Below, in pieces: positions 28,497 to 38,374 of a DNA stretch of 64,000 nt. Source of the stretch: Candidatus Bathyarchaeia archaeon (GTDB lineage: Archaea > Thermoproteota > Bathyarchaeia > Bathyarchaeales > Bathycorpusculaceae); the NCBI GenBank assembly GCA_050012755.1, contig JBEKGO010000001.1, forward strand, positions 1 through 64,000. The letters are read 5' to 3'. Below the pieces are notes generated by a model. The model saw only the letters and a list, made by a program, of their open reading frames with translations. It searched no databases and was not told the origin of the DNA. How positions within the stretch are numbered: the first letter of the stretch is position 1; every line of letters starts with the position of its first letter. The position numbers were made by a program, and so were the translations under genes.

Positions 28497-29336
28497 TTAA
28501 GCATTCCATTTTACTTTCAATTGATCTAGTTGTCCCGTGCTAATGACATTGGACATCGCGCCGTCAAATTTTGCAAGGAAGGTTTGAGCATTTTTGCTGA
28601 CAACGAAGGCACATGGGTAGTATGGATGTTGAAATACGATGTCAATAGGTACTCCTTGAGTCGCATATTGTGCAATCCAAGCTGTTGTTATTGGAGTTTC
28701 AGCATAAACAGCCTGCACACTTGGATTAGCGCTTGACATGTCCTGAATAGCATCTGCAAAGCTGCCCCACGATCTTGTGTCTACTCCGGCTGCTTGGAGT
28801 TCGGATTGCTCGGTTGTTCCATCCTGGGTTCCAACTTTTATACCTAGGTTTTTGATGTCCGTCAGCGATGTTATTGTGCCGTTAGTTATGTGTAGTTTGC
28901 TAACTTCACTTTGAGTCATGATAAGTTGTGCTGCTGTTGTGGTGTGCGGAATTGTAAATGAAACGCTGTTAAGTCTGTCTGCTGTTATTGAGAAGCCGCT
29001 AACTCCCATGTCAAGTTGACCATTCTGAACTTCAGTTATGATGTCGTCAAAACTTACGTCGTGCCAGTGAATAGTCAAACTCAAATTCTGTGCGCAGACG
29101 TTTGCCAAGTCAACTTCGAACCCGACTATTGCACCAGTCGCGTTATCAAGCTGTTCGTAGGGTGGCCAGCTTGGGTCTGTCCCTACATTAATGTATCCTC
29201 TTTTCTCAATATTACTCCAGACCGTATCTGTCGATGAATTGCTTGTTGTTACGATGAAAGGACTTGCAATGAGACCGACGCCGAAGCCTACAATGAGCAT
29301 TATTACAACTAGAATCATTGTTAGTTTTTTTGCCAT
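28497..29336 (-). CDS. Amino acid ABC transporter substrate-binding protein (SBP family 3)
   Basis: GTDPSWPPYE, GFEVDL, SITADR, VGTQDGT; N-terminal TM. Confidence 0.9.
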   Translation of the reverse strand: MAKKLTMILVVIMLIVGFGVGLIASPFIVTTSNSSTDTVWSNIEKRGYINVGTDPSWPPYEQLDNATGAIVGFEVDLANVCAQNLSLTIHWHDVSFDDIITEVQNGQLDMGVSGFSITADRLNSVSFTIPHTTTAAQLIMTQSEVSKLHITNGTITSLTDIKNLGIKVGTQDGTTEQSELQAAGVDTRSWGSFADAIQDMSSANPSVQAVYAETPITTAWIAQYATQGVPIDIVFQHPYYPCAFVVSKNAQTFLAKFDGAMSNVISTGQLDQLKVKWNA

Positions 29337-29417
29337 TTCTTCTCCCTAGCCCTCATATCTCGAGGCTTTATGTATTTAAGCTTAAGCCATTGTCGAAAAA
29401 ATGATTTTCACTAAACA

Positions 29418-30308
29418 TTATTTCGATTTTAGAGATACCAATGCAATCGCGATGACAATTAAGAAGGCTCCAATGCTGGAGAATATTGTAATTGGCTCTT
29501 TCAAAACTATGATCGATAAGATGACTGCAACTACTATTTCAGATAAAAGCAGAATTGTCGAAGTAGACGCTGAAAGATGCTTAAGCCCTTCCAGCCACAT
29601 ATAATATGGTAGAACCCAACAAACTATTGCTGTGTAAAAAATCGCCAACCATGCGGTTCCTGTTAAATCAAAAAATCGTGGGCCAGACAAAACCGCGAAA
29701 GGCGCAATTGTAAGCATCGTTAATACAAGAACCCACGTCATAGATTGAAAGGTCGCCGAAGTTGAATTCATAATCAATTTCTTGTTGTAGATCATGAAAA
29801 GCGCCCAAGAAACACCTGAAACGATGAGCATCAAGTCCCCGATTAATTGCCCTTGACCTATCGTTGAAAAATCCAAGTTGGTGCTGACAAATACGATTCC
29901 CGTTAATCCAAATAATACACCGGCAATTTTCTTTTTCGAAAAACTTTCACCCAGCAACTTGGGACTTAAGATGGCAACCCAAATGGCGCTTAGGTTAATG
30001 AAAAGTGCAGCCTTTGCAGCGGTTGTATAATTCATGCCTACGTATTGAAGCAGGTAACCTGCGGCGTTCGCAATTCCTAAAAAGACGAGTAGCTTCTTGT
30101 TTGCCATTTTGAATTCAAGCTTTCTGAGAAGCAGCATTACAACCAGCAATGTGGTGGTTGCAACTAGAAACCGCCAAAAAACAAACGCGAACGGGTCAAT
30201 GTATGTTAAGCCGATTTTGATAATTGGAAATGAGGTGCCCCATAAGATGCCTGCTAGTATGGTTAGGAAGACGGCTCTGCTTTTTTTGGTTAACAGTGGA
30301 TTATGCAA
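29418..30308 (-). CDS. EamA/DMT family transporter
   Basis: LWGTSF, two EamA repeats, ~10 TM. Confidence 0.9.
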   Translation of the reverse strand: MHNPLLTKKSRAVFLTILAGILWGTSFPIIKIGLTYIDPFAFVFWRFLVATTTLLVVMLLLRKLEFKMANKKLLVFLGIANAAGYLLQYVGMNYTTAAKAALFINLSAIWVAILSPKLLGESFSKKKIAGVLFGLTGIVFVSTNLDFSTIGQGQLIGDLMLIVSGVSWALFMIYNKKLIMNSTSATFQSMTWVLVLTMLTIAPFAVLSGPRFFDLTGTAWLAIFYTAIVCWVLPYYMWLEGLKHLSASTSTILLLSEIVVAVILSIIVLKEPITIFSSIGAFLIVIAIALVSLKSK

Positions 30309-30410
30309 CCGCTTGTCTCCTTGATAGGTTTTCTCATAAGCAGGCTGAATTATAAAGGCTCTTTAGGCTCTGCTGATCTTTGACTTTGCCTTTGTACTTG
30401 GATTGCTTGG

Positions 30411-31168
30411 GAGAGTTTTTTTGGGACGCGAGGAGACGCAGCGAGACGGGAGAAGACGCAGGGAGACGCACAGAGACCCGTAGAGCCGCAGCTTGCAAGA
30501 AAATTAAGCTTCCACGCAGAAAAGCAACTTGAACCACAAAGAAAAAAAATGGGGAGGTTTGCTTAGGTTTGCGCAGGTGTGCTTGCTTTTGCTTCTGTTT
30601 GCTTCCTTTTGCTTAGGTTTGCTTCTGTGTACGCAGCCCGCAGAGGATTTAGATTCTGCTTCAAAAAACCAACCTAAAATACAAAGAACAAAATTGCGGA
30701 ACTTTTTCAGATTTTGACGGGCAGTGACGTTCTGTGACGTTTTATGACGTGTGGTGACGTTTAGTGACGTTTGGCGACGGATAGTGACGTATAGTGACGC
30801 AGCCTGCAAGGAAATCAAGTTTTGAATCAAAAAAGCAACCTGAAACACAAAGAACAAAAACAGTGGCAAAAGTGAAGCCCATGGACCCTCCCTCTCTTTC
30901 TGAACTTTTTTGGACTTTTTCCGACTTTATTAGACTTTATTCGACTCAACCTGCCAATAAAACAAACCCTAAACATAAAAAGCAACTTAAAACACAAAAA
31001 ACAAAAACTGCACAAAGAACCGTCAATAACAGATTCGGGACACAATAGACCAACCTGTCACTTCCTTTTTCTCACATTTTATCACAGATTCTCACATAAA
31101 AAACCGCAACCTGCAAACACCACAAGCCCCAAATCAAGAAAGCAACCCAAAACACAAACAACAAAAAT
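30411..31168. repeat. Composite non-coding array: five 63-bp repeats, each preceded by a 10-bp-period micro-repeat tract
   Basis: Repeats start at 30488, 30633, 30799, 30946 and 31106 and align without gaps. Tract motifs are GAGACGC, TTTGCTT, GTGACGT, GACTTT and TCACA. Confidence 0.9.
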
Positions 31169-31255
31169 TGCGCCGTCCGAAGCAAAAATGCCTAAATAGC
31201 TACTGCACCAAGAGAAAATCGAAAATCAGAAACTATCCACCAAAGAGAACTTGTT

Positions 31256-32389
31256 ATGTTTAGAACCGGTGTCGCAAATTTGCCTCTTCATGGTGGCAAA
31301 GCACCTTCATGGCTTACCGTTCGAATGCGTAAATTAGCCAAAGAAATAGCCGACATCATGGTTGAGGAATATGGCACACAAACTTTTATTCAGCGTTTGT
31401 CGGATCCGTTTTGGTTTCAAGCTTTGGGCTGCGTTTTAGCCTACGATTGGCACAGCAGCGGAGTCACCACCGTAGTCACGGGCATCCTCAAAGGCGCCAT
31501 TTCGCCGGAAGAGCACGGCATCGCTGTCTGCGGAGGAAAAGGCAAAACCTCAAAGAAAACACCAAGCGACATCGCCGTGGCAGGTGAAAAGTTCGGTTTC
31601 TCAGAAGAAACAATCCAAGCCCTAACTTATGACAGCAAGATGGCTGCAAAAGTTGACAGCGCCGCAATTCAAGCGGGATACCAACTGTATCACCACGCCT
31701 TTTTAGTAACAAGAGATGAGGAGTGGGCTGTTATTCAGCAGGGCATGAGCGAGCAAGACCGCTCGGCGAGACGTTACCATTGGCTATCAGATAACGTGGC
31801 TGATTTTGTTGTTGAACCGCACAACGCCATAGTCGGAGATACAAAACGTGAAATGGCCCTCAACATGGTAGCAAAGGATAGCGAAGCCGCAAGAAAAACA
31901 TCCGTTGACCTTGCCAAAGAACCCACACGCAAACTCATGAATCTCATTCAATCCACAGCAAAACCGCTCAACCAAGCTTCACTGCAAGATTGGCTACCAA
32001 AAACAGATGACCCTTGGCAGCAAACCCTCAATACGCTTAACATGCCCAGAAACATCAATTGGGATACGCTGAGCAGAGTGTACGAGTTTCAACCCAGTAA
32101 CTATGAGGAACTGTTAAGTGTGAAAGGAGTTGGGCCGGCCACGGTTCGCGGTTTAGCACTTGTAGCAGAGTTAGTTTATGGAGAAAAACCAAGTTGGGAA
32201 GATCCAGTGAAATTCAGTTTTGCATTCGGAGGCAAAGACGGTGTTCCCTATCCAGTTGATCGCAAAGCAATGGATGAATCAATCCAAATTCTCAAGGAAT
32301 CGGTGCAGCAAGCTAAAATCGGAGATAAAGAGAAACTGCGTTCGCTTCAGAATCTAATGCGGTTTGTTCCAGAGGATGCAAACTCTTAA
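31256..32389 (+). CDS. DUF763 family protein
   Basis: LPLHGGKAP, DPFWFQ, DWHSSG, AKVDSAA, HhH-like KGVGPAT, GGKDG.P.PVD. Confidence 0.9.
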   Translation: MFRTGVANLPLHGGKAPSWLTVRMRKLAKEIADIMVEEYGTQTFIQRLSDPFWFQALGCVLAYDWHSSGVTTVVTGILKGAISPEEHGIAVCGGKGKTSKKTPSDIAVAGEKFGFSEETIQALTYDSKMAAKVDSAAIQAGYQLYHHAFLVTRDEEWAVIQQGMSEQDRSARRYHWLSDNVADFVVEPHNAIVGDTKREMALNMVAKDSEAARKTSVDLAKEPTRKLMNLIQSTAKPLNQASLQDWLPKTDDPWQQTLNTLNMPRNINWDTLSRVYEFQPSNYEELLSVKGVGPATVRGLALVAELVYGEKPSWEDPVKFSFAFGGKDGVPYPVDRKAMDESIQILKESVQQAKIGDKEKLRSLQNLMRFVPEDANS

Positions 32390-32429
32390 AACAAGTTAAA
32401 CCCACTAAGGTTGCTGAGGAATCAATGGG

Positions 32430-33050
32430 TTGTCTGATTCTAGGGCAAACAGTCTGCAAAGAATTGGTGCGGCAAGCGGAATAATAGCTCCCATTTTCGC
32501 ATTCATCTGCATCATAATTGCAATCGCAACCCATCTCCAATTCAGTTGGATAAATAATGCCCTAAGCGACTTGGGAGTTATACAGGGTGTTACGGGGATA
32601 ATTTTCAATGTCGGGCTGTTCGCTTGTGGCCTTCTCGCCTTAAACTTTGCAATATTTGGCATGTACTCATATTTTAAGGGAAATTTGCTTGGCAAAATTG
32701 GCGTAGGTGTCTTTGCAGCGGCAACAATAGCTTTAATCTGCATAGGAATATTTAACGAAAATTTTTCTCCAACACACTACTTGGTTTCTGTTGCTTTCTT
32801 TGTATTTCTACCAATTTCTCTGTTGATTATTACAGGCACTTTCGCAGTTAAACACCAAACAAAGATGGCTATGTTCACGATACTTGTTGCAATCATCGCT
32901 GCAGCTCCATGGGTTCTGTATTTTATAATCCATTATGCACCAAACGTAGCCATTCCAGAAATCATCTCTGGTCTCGCCGGAGCAAGCTGGATAATTACAT
33001 TAGGCATCAAAATTCTTGAAAAAAACAGATCCATTGAAACAATTAATTAA
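32430..33050 (+). CDS. DUF998 family membrane protein
   Basis: FSW..NALSDLG, IFN, GIF, H, AIPE. Confidence 0.8.
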   Translation: MSDSRANSLQRIGAASGIIAPIFAFICIIIAIATHLQFSWINNALSDLGVIQGVTGIIFNVGLFACGLLALNFAIFGMYSYFKGNLLGKIGVGVFAAATIALICIGIFNENFSPTHYLVSVAFFVFLPISLLIITGTFAVKHQTKMAMFTILVAIIAAAPWVLYFIIHYAPNVAIPEIISGLAGASWIITLGIKILEKNRSIETIN

Positions 33051-33061
33051 CGTTTCAGGTA

Positions 33062-33976
33062 TTATTTTAAAAGAGGCGAAAGATTTCGAGGCATTTCACC
33101 TAAATAATCAGTCAAACTAAGCAACTGCAATTTCTGCATGGTTAACGCTGGAATTTGCTCGCGGGGTATACCTTTTAGCAGAAACTTGGTTTCCTGCTCA
33201 TCAAACTCAGCTGTTTCCCCAAACCTGCCCAGATATGGCTTGTTTTCGGGGCACGCGGCTTGGCATCTGATACAACCTACTATGCAATTGTGCCACTGGG
33301 GTTTAATCCATTTTGGGAACGGGATTTTGCCGTCTTTCTCGTTATGGTATGTGAGGCACTTTTCTGCGTAGAGCAAGAAACGATTTTTAGAAATGGCTCC
33401 GGTTGGACAAGCATTTTGACACAAGTTGCAGTTCACGCAGGCTTTCATCATTTCCGGTTCATGCCAATTATCCATTTCACATGGCATATTCGAGTAAACG
33501 GCGGTTAAACGCATGAAACTGCCCATTTCGCCAACATAAGCGATGTTGTTTCGCCCATATGCTGCTAACCCACTACACACTGAAAGCAACTTCAGCGGCA
33601 AATTGGGCGTAGCAATTTTGTACCCTCCCTTCTCAACCGCTTTTGCCACTGCGTGTTCAACAAGCAATCTCTTTTCATCGTATGCTGTGTAAGTGGGAGG
33701 CAAAATCAAGGCTTGTTTTTCTCCGTTCCAATTAAAAATCGCCTTTGTCGGCGGTCTGGGCATGGCAACCACGATGATTGATTCTGCATTTTTTAGTTCT
33801 TCAGGTGGAGTAAATTTGAATTGAGACAGATGCTGCTGGACAAATTCGCTGTCAAGCTGTCCCTGCTCTATGAGATTTTCGATTTCACGCTGTAAATCAG
33901 CAAGATGCCTCGTCGAAACAACTTTGAACTTACATTTTTCCTTCGTTAATTCCGCAAAATCAATCTCAGCTGTCAT
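33062..33976 (-). CDS. QueG-like 4Fe-4S protein
   Basis: SGLAAYGRNN, CxxCxxCxxxCPTGAI, C..Y, GCxxCQxxCP. Confidence 0.8.
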   Translation of the reverse strand: MTAEIDFAELTKEKCKFKVVSTRHLADLQREIENLIEQGQLDSEFVQQHLSQFKFTPPEELKNAESIIVVAMPRPPTKAIFNWNGEKQALILPPTYTAYDEKRLLVEHAVAKAVEKGGYKIATPNLPLKLLSVCSGLAAYGRNNIAYVGEMGSFMRLTAVYSNMPCEMDNWHEPEMMKACVNCNLCQNACPTGAISKNRFLLYAEKCLTYHNEKDGKIPFPKWIKPQWHNCIVGCIRCQAACPENKPYLGRFGETAEFDEQETKFLLKGIPREQIPALTMQKLQLLSLTDYLGEMPRNLSPLLK

Positions 33977-34083
33977 GAAACTACTCTTTCTGTTATTTCG
34001 CCCTTATTTGTTTATGCTTCCTTCTATCTAGGGAACGGTTATATTTTTATTGTTGCAGTTTCACTTAATTGCCGTACCTAGGT

Positions 34084-34254
34084 GGGGTCGTAGTCCAGCC
34101 AGGGTAAGACGACGGGCTCCAGAAACAGTTCGGGTTTGCTGACTCCTTCGGGGGAATGATATAATTCTGGAGCTGTCTTGAAGAAACCCGTAAACTTTGG
34201 CTTCTCGCCATTGTTGGGTAAAGGTCGTCGGTTCAAATCCGGCCGGCCCCACCA
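34084..34254 (+). tRNA. tRNA-Trp(CCA) with two introns (37/38: 34123-34185; 43/44: 34192-34221)
   Basis: Spliced sequence GGGGTCG...ACGGG-CTCCAGA-CCCGT-AGGTC-GTCGGTTCAAATCCGGC-CGGCCCCACCA; BHB-like junctions. Confidence 0.9.
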
Positions 34255-34427
34255 CAGCTCTTTCTTAAGAGGTGATTCTAAAAAGCGTTCCCACTGCAGA
34301 TTTCTCTGAATTTCAACCACCATTACTCCAAAAAGCCTAACTTTCTATTGTGTAACATTCTGTTGCTCCATTCGAGTTAGTCTAGCTTTTTAAGCAGCGA
34401 CTCGTCAACGCTGTTAGGCGTATCACG

Positions 34428-35369
34428 ATGCCATCTATAGAAGCAGTTAATTTAACAAAACAATACGGCTCATTCACGGCTCTCTCAGCTTTAAACCTGA
34501 AGCTTGAAGGGGCTAAATGCGTAGGTTTTCTGGGTCCGAACGGTGCAGGAAAAACAACTGCGCTCAAAATGTTCACAGATTTAATTCGTCCTACTTCGGG
34601 TGAAGCCCTAATAAACGGTATTAACGTGCATACTGAGAAGAAAAAAGCGTTGGCATCTGTTTCTTCGTTAATCGAGACGCCCGAAATATATCCTTCATTG
34701 ACACCACGTGAAGCTTTGTCGATGATTGCCGAAATACGGGGAGTGCCCTCGGCAGAGATTAAGAAGAGAATAGAAGAGGCTATCTCTGAAGTGCACATGA
34801 ATGAGTGGATCGATAAGAGAGTCGGGAGATTTTCCAAGGGGATGAAACAGAGAATTTGCGTTGCTTCAACGCTTCTCAGTAACCCATCTATCCTTCTTCT
34901 GGATGAACCCACCACTGGACTTGATCCAAGAGGGATGAGTGAGGTCAGAGATATTGTCAAATCTTTCAAGAGCAAGAATAGACTGATTTTCATGAGCTCT
35001 CACATTCTTAGCGAAGTTTCGGAAGTATGCGATGAAGTAGCCATGATTGACCATGGAAAACTGCTCGTGTACGACACAATTTCCAATGTCACTGCCAAAT
35101 TCTCTGGAGGCGCAAACATGGTTGAAGTTGGACTTCAGCGTCCCATTGATGCCCAAATGATAACACAAAAGATCGCCAAACTTCCCGATGTAGTCTCAGC
35201 AGAGCAAACAGATGGCAAAAACTTGCGAATTAGGTTTAGCGGAGGATTGGATGTGCAAGAACGGATTCTTTCTGATCTGGTAAAACTGAATATCGGCGTA
35301 ATAAGTTACAGAGTGGCATCCTCGGAACTCGAAGGTGTCTATCTAAATCTAATCAAGGAAACAGTGTGA
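34428..35369 (+). CDS. ABC-2 type exporter ATPase
   Basis: GPNGAGKTT, FSKGMKQR, LLDEPT. Confidence 0.92.
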   Translation: MPSIEAVNLTKQYGSFTALSALNLKLEGAKCVGFLGPNGAGKTTALKMFTDLIRPTSGEALINGINVHTEKKKALASVSSLIETPEIYPSLTPREALSMIAEIRGVPSAEIKKRIEEAISEVHMNEWIDKRVGRFSKGMKQRICVASTLLSNPSILLLDEPTTGLDPRGMSEVRDIVKSFKSKNRLIFMSSHILSEVSEVCDEVAMIDHGKLLVYDTISNVTAKFSGGANMVEVGLQRPIDAQMITQKIAKLPDVVSAEQTDGKNLRIRFSGGLDVQERILSDLVKLNIGVISYRVASSELEGVYLNLIKETV

Positions 35370-36250
35370 TAAACATGGTCGAAACCGAAACAACAATTGG
35401 AAATAAAGTGCCAAGTAGTATGGCGCAAATCGGCATCACAATGAAATACACATTTCTTGAGTATTTCAGATCACGCAGATTCCTAATACTTCTGATTATC
35501 ACTCTCGCGATAGCCGCGGCCCTTACTATTGTAGTGGCGTGGAGGCGACCTGTAGGCTTTCTATCTTCAAACTTAGGGTTTTACTCCAGCTGGTGGGGTG
35601 GTGCAGGCAGTTTCAGCATAGTAACGTTTGTAATTATACTTTCAGGAATTTTCTTCGGCGGAGACGCAATTTCAGGAGAATTTCAGAATAAGACAGGTTA
35701 CTTCGGAATCCCAAATCCTATTAGAAGATCTTCAATATATATTGGAAAATGGCTATCGGCTTTCTTAGCTGCCACTGCAATACTGGTCCTGTTCACAATA
35801 GTCACAATCGCTAATGGAGTTTACTATTTTGGCTCAGCAGGGTTACCGTACCAATTCCTCGAGTCTTTAATCTTTGCATGGTTTTATCTTGCGGCAGTGA
35901 TGGGATTCACATTTTTTTTCAGTTCGCTGTTCAAGAGCAGTTCCATATCTATTCTGGTAACGGTTATCCTTTTTCTGTTCGGATTCACGTTAATTCAAAC
36001 GCTGGTCTCAGACCTTGTCGGAATTGAACCCTGGTTTGTTCTAACTTACGGTGCAGGAATAATAGGAAACATTCTAACTTCGCCATATCCGTTGCATCAA
36101 ATTACACAGACAGAAACGTTCAGAAACCAAACAATTACAACCACCACTTTCCACGCTACAATACCAGAAGGGCTCGCAATCATAGGACTCTACTTCATAA
36201 TCACTGCAATCTTGGGTTTGCTTCTCTTCGAAAGAAAAGAATTCAACTAA
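35366..36250 (+). CDS. ABC-2 type exporter permease
   Basis: ISGEFQNKTG...PIRR..IYIGK; 6 TM. Confidence 0.88.
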   Translation: MINMVETETTIGNKVPSSMAQIGITMKYTFLEYFRSRRFLILLIITLAIAAALTIVVAWRRPVGFLSSNLGFYSSWWGGAGSFSIVTFVIILSGIFFGGDAISGEFQNKTGYFGIPNPIRRSSIYIGKWLSAFLAATAILVLFTIVTIANGVYYFGSAGLPYQFLESLIFAWFYLAAVMGFTFFFSSLFKSSSISILVTVILFLFGFTLIQTLVSDLVGIEPWFVLTYGAGIIGNILTSPYPLHQITQTETFRNQTITTTTFHATIPEGLAIIGLYFIITAILGLLLFERKEFN

Positions 36251-36429
36251 GAAAGGCAAATTCGAAGGTTTTCTCAGACTAAAGCTGCCCGGCTCAAATT
36301 CCAACCGGTATCTTCTTAACTTTTTAATTCCTTTTAGAAACAAAAGCAACTAAACACTCTCCAGAAAGGAAATTGAAAAAAGGAATAAGCTAATACGTTA
36401 AAAAGGAACATTAGGTTTAAGAGATTCCT

Positions 36430-37215
36430 TTGGGAAACAATCGAAGTCGAAATAATCTGCGAAAAAACGCTCCAAAACTAATTGTTGCAGCTATAGCCAT
36501 CGCTATCGTGGTTTACGTTTTGTTTGAGATTTTGGAAGATGTCTTTATTGAAGGTGCTCCAATGACAAGCGGGCCACTGATTAGCGCAATAATTTCTTTA
36601 ACTCATAATGTAAAAGACACCGTTCAGTCTTGGGGCTACGCCGGCATTTTCGTGCTGATGTTGCTTGAATCGAGTTCTCTGCCAATTCCAAGCGAAGTGG
36701 TTCTTCCTTTTGCCGGCTACTTAGCTTCTAGTGGCCTCCTAAATTTTTGGATTGCAGTCACAATTGCAACGGTTGCGGGGATAGTAGGATCACTTGTTGA
36801 TTACTACATTGGATTAAAAGGTGTTCAATCTCTTGCCAAACACAAGATTTTAGGCAGAGTGCTCTTATCTCAAACTCAACTTGAAATTGCTGCATCATGG
36901 TTTAGCAGGCATGGCGCCTCAATGGTGTTTCTTAGCCGACTCTTACCAGGTTTCAGAACGATAGTTTCATTTCCTGCTGGAGCAGTTAGGATGAAACTAC
37001 TGAAGTTTATAGCTTTTACAGCGGCGGGTTGCATCTTTTGGAACGTGATTTTGATTTATGTTGGATGGTATTTAGGGAATAATTGGGATGAGGTTGCAGG
37101 TATTTCTCGTTATTTAATTTTAGCAAGTGTAGTTGGCGCTTTGGTCTTGGTTGCTTACATCCTGATTAGAAGAAAGCGAATTAAGGCAGAAGCAGTAAAG
37201 CATCGATTGATGTAA
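36430..37215 (+). CDS. DedA family membrane protein
   Basis: ESSSLPIPSEVVLPFAG, SRLLPGFR, PAG. Confidence 0.92.
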   Translation: MGNNRSRNNLRKNAPKLIVAAIAIAIVVYVLFEILEDVFIEGAPMTSGPLISAIISLTHNVKDTVQSWGYAGIFVLMLLESSSLPIPSEVVLPFAGYLASSGLLNFWIAVTIATVAGIVGSLVDYYIGLKGVQSLAKHKILGRVLLSQTQLEIAASWFSRHGASMVFLSRLLPGFRTIVSFPAGAVRMKLLKFIAFTAAGCIFWNVILIYVGWYLGNNWDEVAGISRYLILASVVGALVLVAYILIRRKRIKAEAVKHRLM

Positions 37216-37227
37216 CAGTAGGACTGC

Positions 37228-38253
37228 TTAACTTTCCATGGTTATTTTTGGTTTCACGTCGCCTTTAATGCCTAGCGCCTTTGCTTCTTGAACTTGCAAC
37301 ATGCAATCCACATGCGAGGCTTCATTGAATAATTTATAATTAATCATTGACAGAAATGCCGCGTCAATTGAGACTGGAGAATTAGCGGCAAAGATTCCGA
37401 CGTCTTTCATAATGACTTCCCCTGGACTAGGCAAGCAATCACAGTTTGGAGTTATGTCTTTGGCGAAGCTGACATATGACACTTTTTTTGCTTTGAAGGT
37501 CGAGAGAACGCCAAAAGCTGCTGAAGCAAGCGCTCTGCAAATGTTTTCCTGATTCACGAAACTTATGGCTTCCATAGGGCAAGCCTGCTTGCACATTGGA
37601 CAGCGCATGCAAAGATTAGAGGTATTTCTTGCTTTTCCTTCGATAATCTCAGGCAGATTCATTGCGCATGCTTCTTTGCATTTGCCACAGCCCACACATT
37701 TGGTTGTGTCTATTTCTATACCTACGGTTCTGTGTTGCCGAAATTTGCCAGCTTTTGGGGTGCAGCCCATGCCCAAGTTTTTTATGGCTCCGCCGAACCC
37801 GCTGATTTCATGACCTTTGCAGTGAGTGACAACAATCATTGCGTCAGCTTCCGCAATAGCTCCTGAGACTTCAATCTCTTTCAAGATGCCTTTAGTGGGC
37901 ACTGTTCTGTAATTTTCGCTTTTCAATCCATCCGCCACAATAAATGGCGCCATGTTAAATCCGTTCATCAACGCGTTATTCATGTGGTCGTAGGCATTGC
38001 TGCGCTGTGCGTGATAATATGTGTTTGAGTCTGTTAGGAACGGTTTGCCTCCTGCTTCCTTAACTCTGCGAACGATGTCATGGACGAAAACTGGTTGCAC
38101 ATAATATGGATTGCCCAGCTCTCCAACATGGAACTTAACGGCGACAAGATCGCCTTTTTGTATGCAATCGAAAGTTCCAGCCGCATCATAAAGCCGATTT
38201 GCTTCTTCTACCAGGTTAAGTTTAGTGTTCCACGGAAGTAAATGAACAGGCAT
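37228..38253 (-). CDS. DUF362 domain 4Fe-4S protein
   Basis: KFHVGELGN, HCKGH..GFGGAIKNLGMG, two ferredoxin motifs, CDC. Confidence 0.88.
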   Translation of the reverse strand: MPVHLLPWNTKLNLVEEANRLYDAAGTFDCIQKGDLVAVKFHVGELGNPYYVQPVFVHDIVRRVKEAGGKPFLTDSNTYYHAQRSNAYDHMNNALMNGFNMAPFIVADGLKSENYRTVPTKGILKEIEVSGAIAEADAMIVVTHCKGHEISGFGGAIKNLGMGCTPKAGKFRQHRTVGIEIDTTKCVGCGKCKEACAMNLPEIIEGKARNTSNLCMRCPMCKQACPMEAISFVNQENICRALASAAFGVLSTFKAKKVSYVSFAKDITPNCDCLPSPGEVIMKDVGIFAANSPVSIDAAFLSMINYKLFNEASHVDCMLQVQEAKALGIKGDVKPKITMES

Positions 38254-38374
38254 CGTACTTCTTCCTCGCTTGACTATTTGAGAATTTTAATATAAACCTA
38301 ACTCAGGTTTGCGATTCCAAAATTACAACCCAAATATACCTGATTATTGTCATGTTTTCTTGATGTAATGCCGA

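Noticed and set aside
30334-31048. ORFs called across the array
   Set aside because: The 10-bp period and unit spacings break frame, stops occur in equivalent frames of some copies, and substitutions are not synonymous-biased.
30411-31168. CRISPR array reading of the repeat locus
   Set aside because: Repeats are 63 bp and degenerate, spacers are 82-103 bp and internally periodic, and there are no cas genes in the window.
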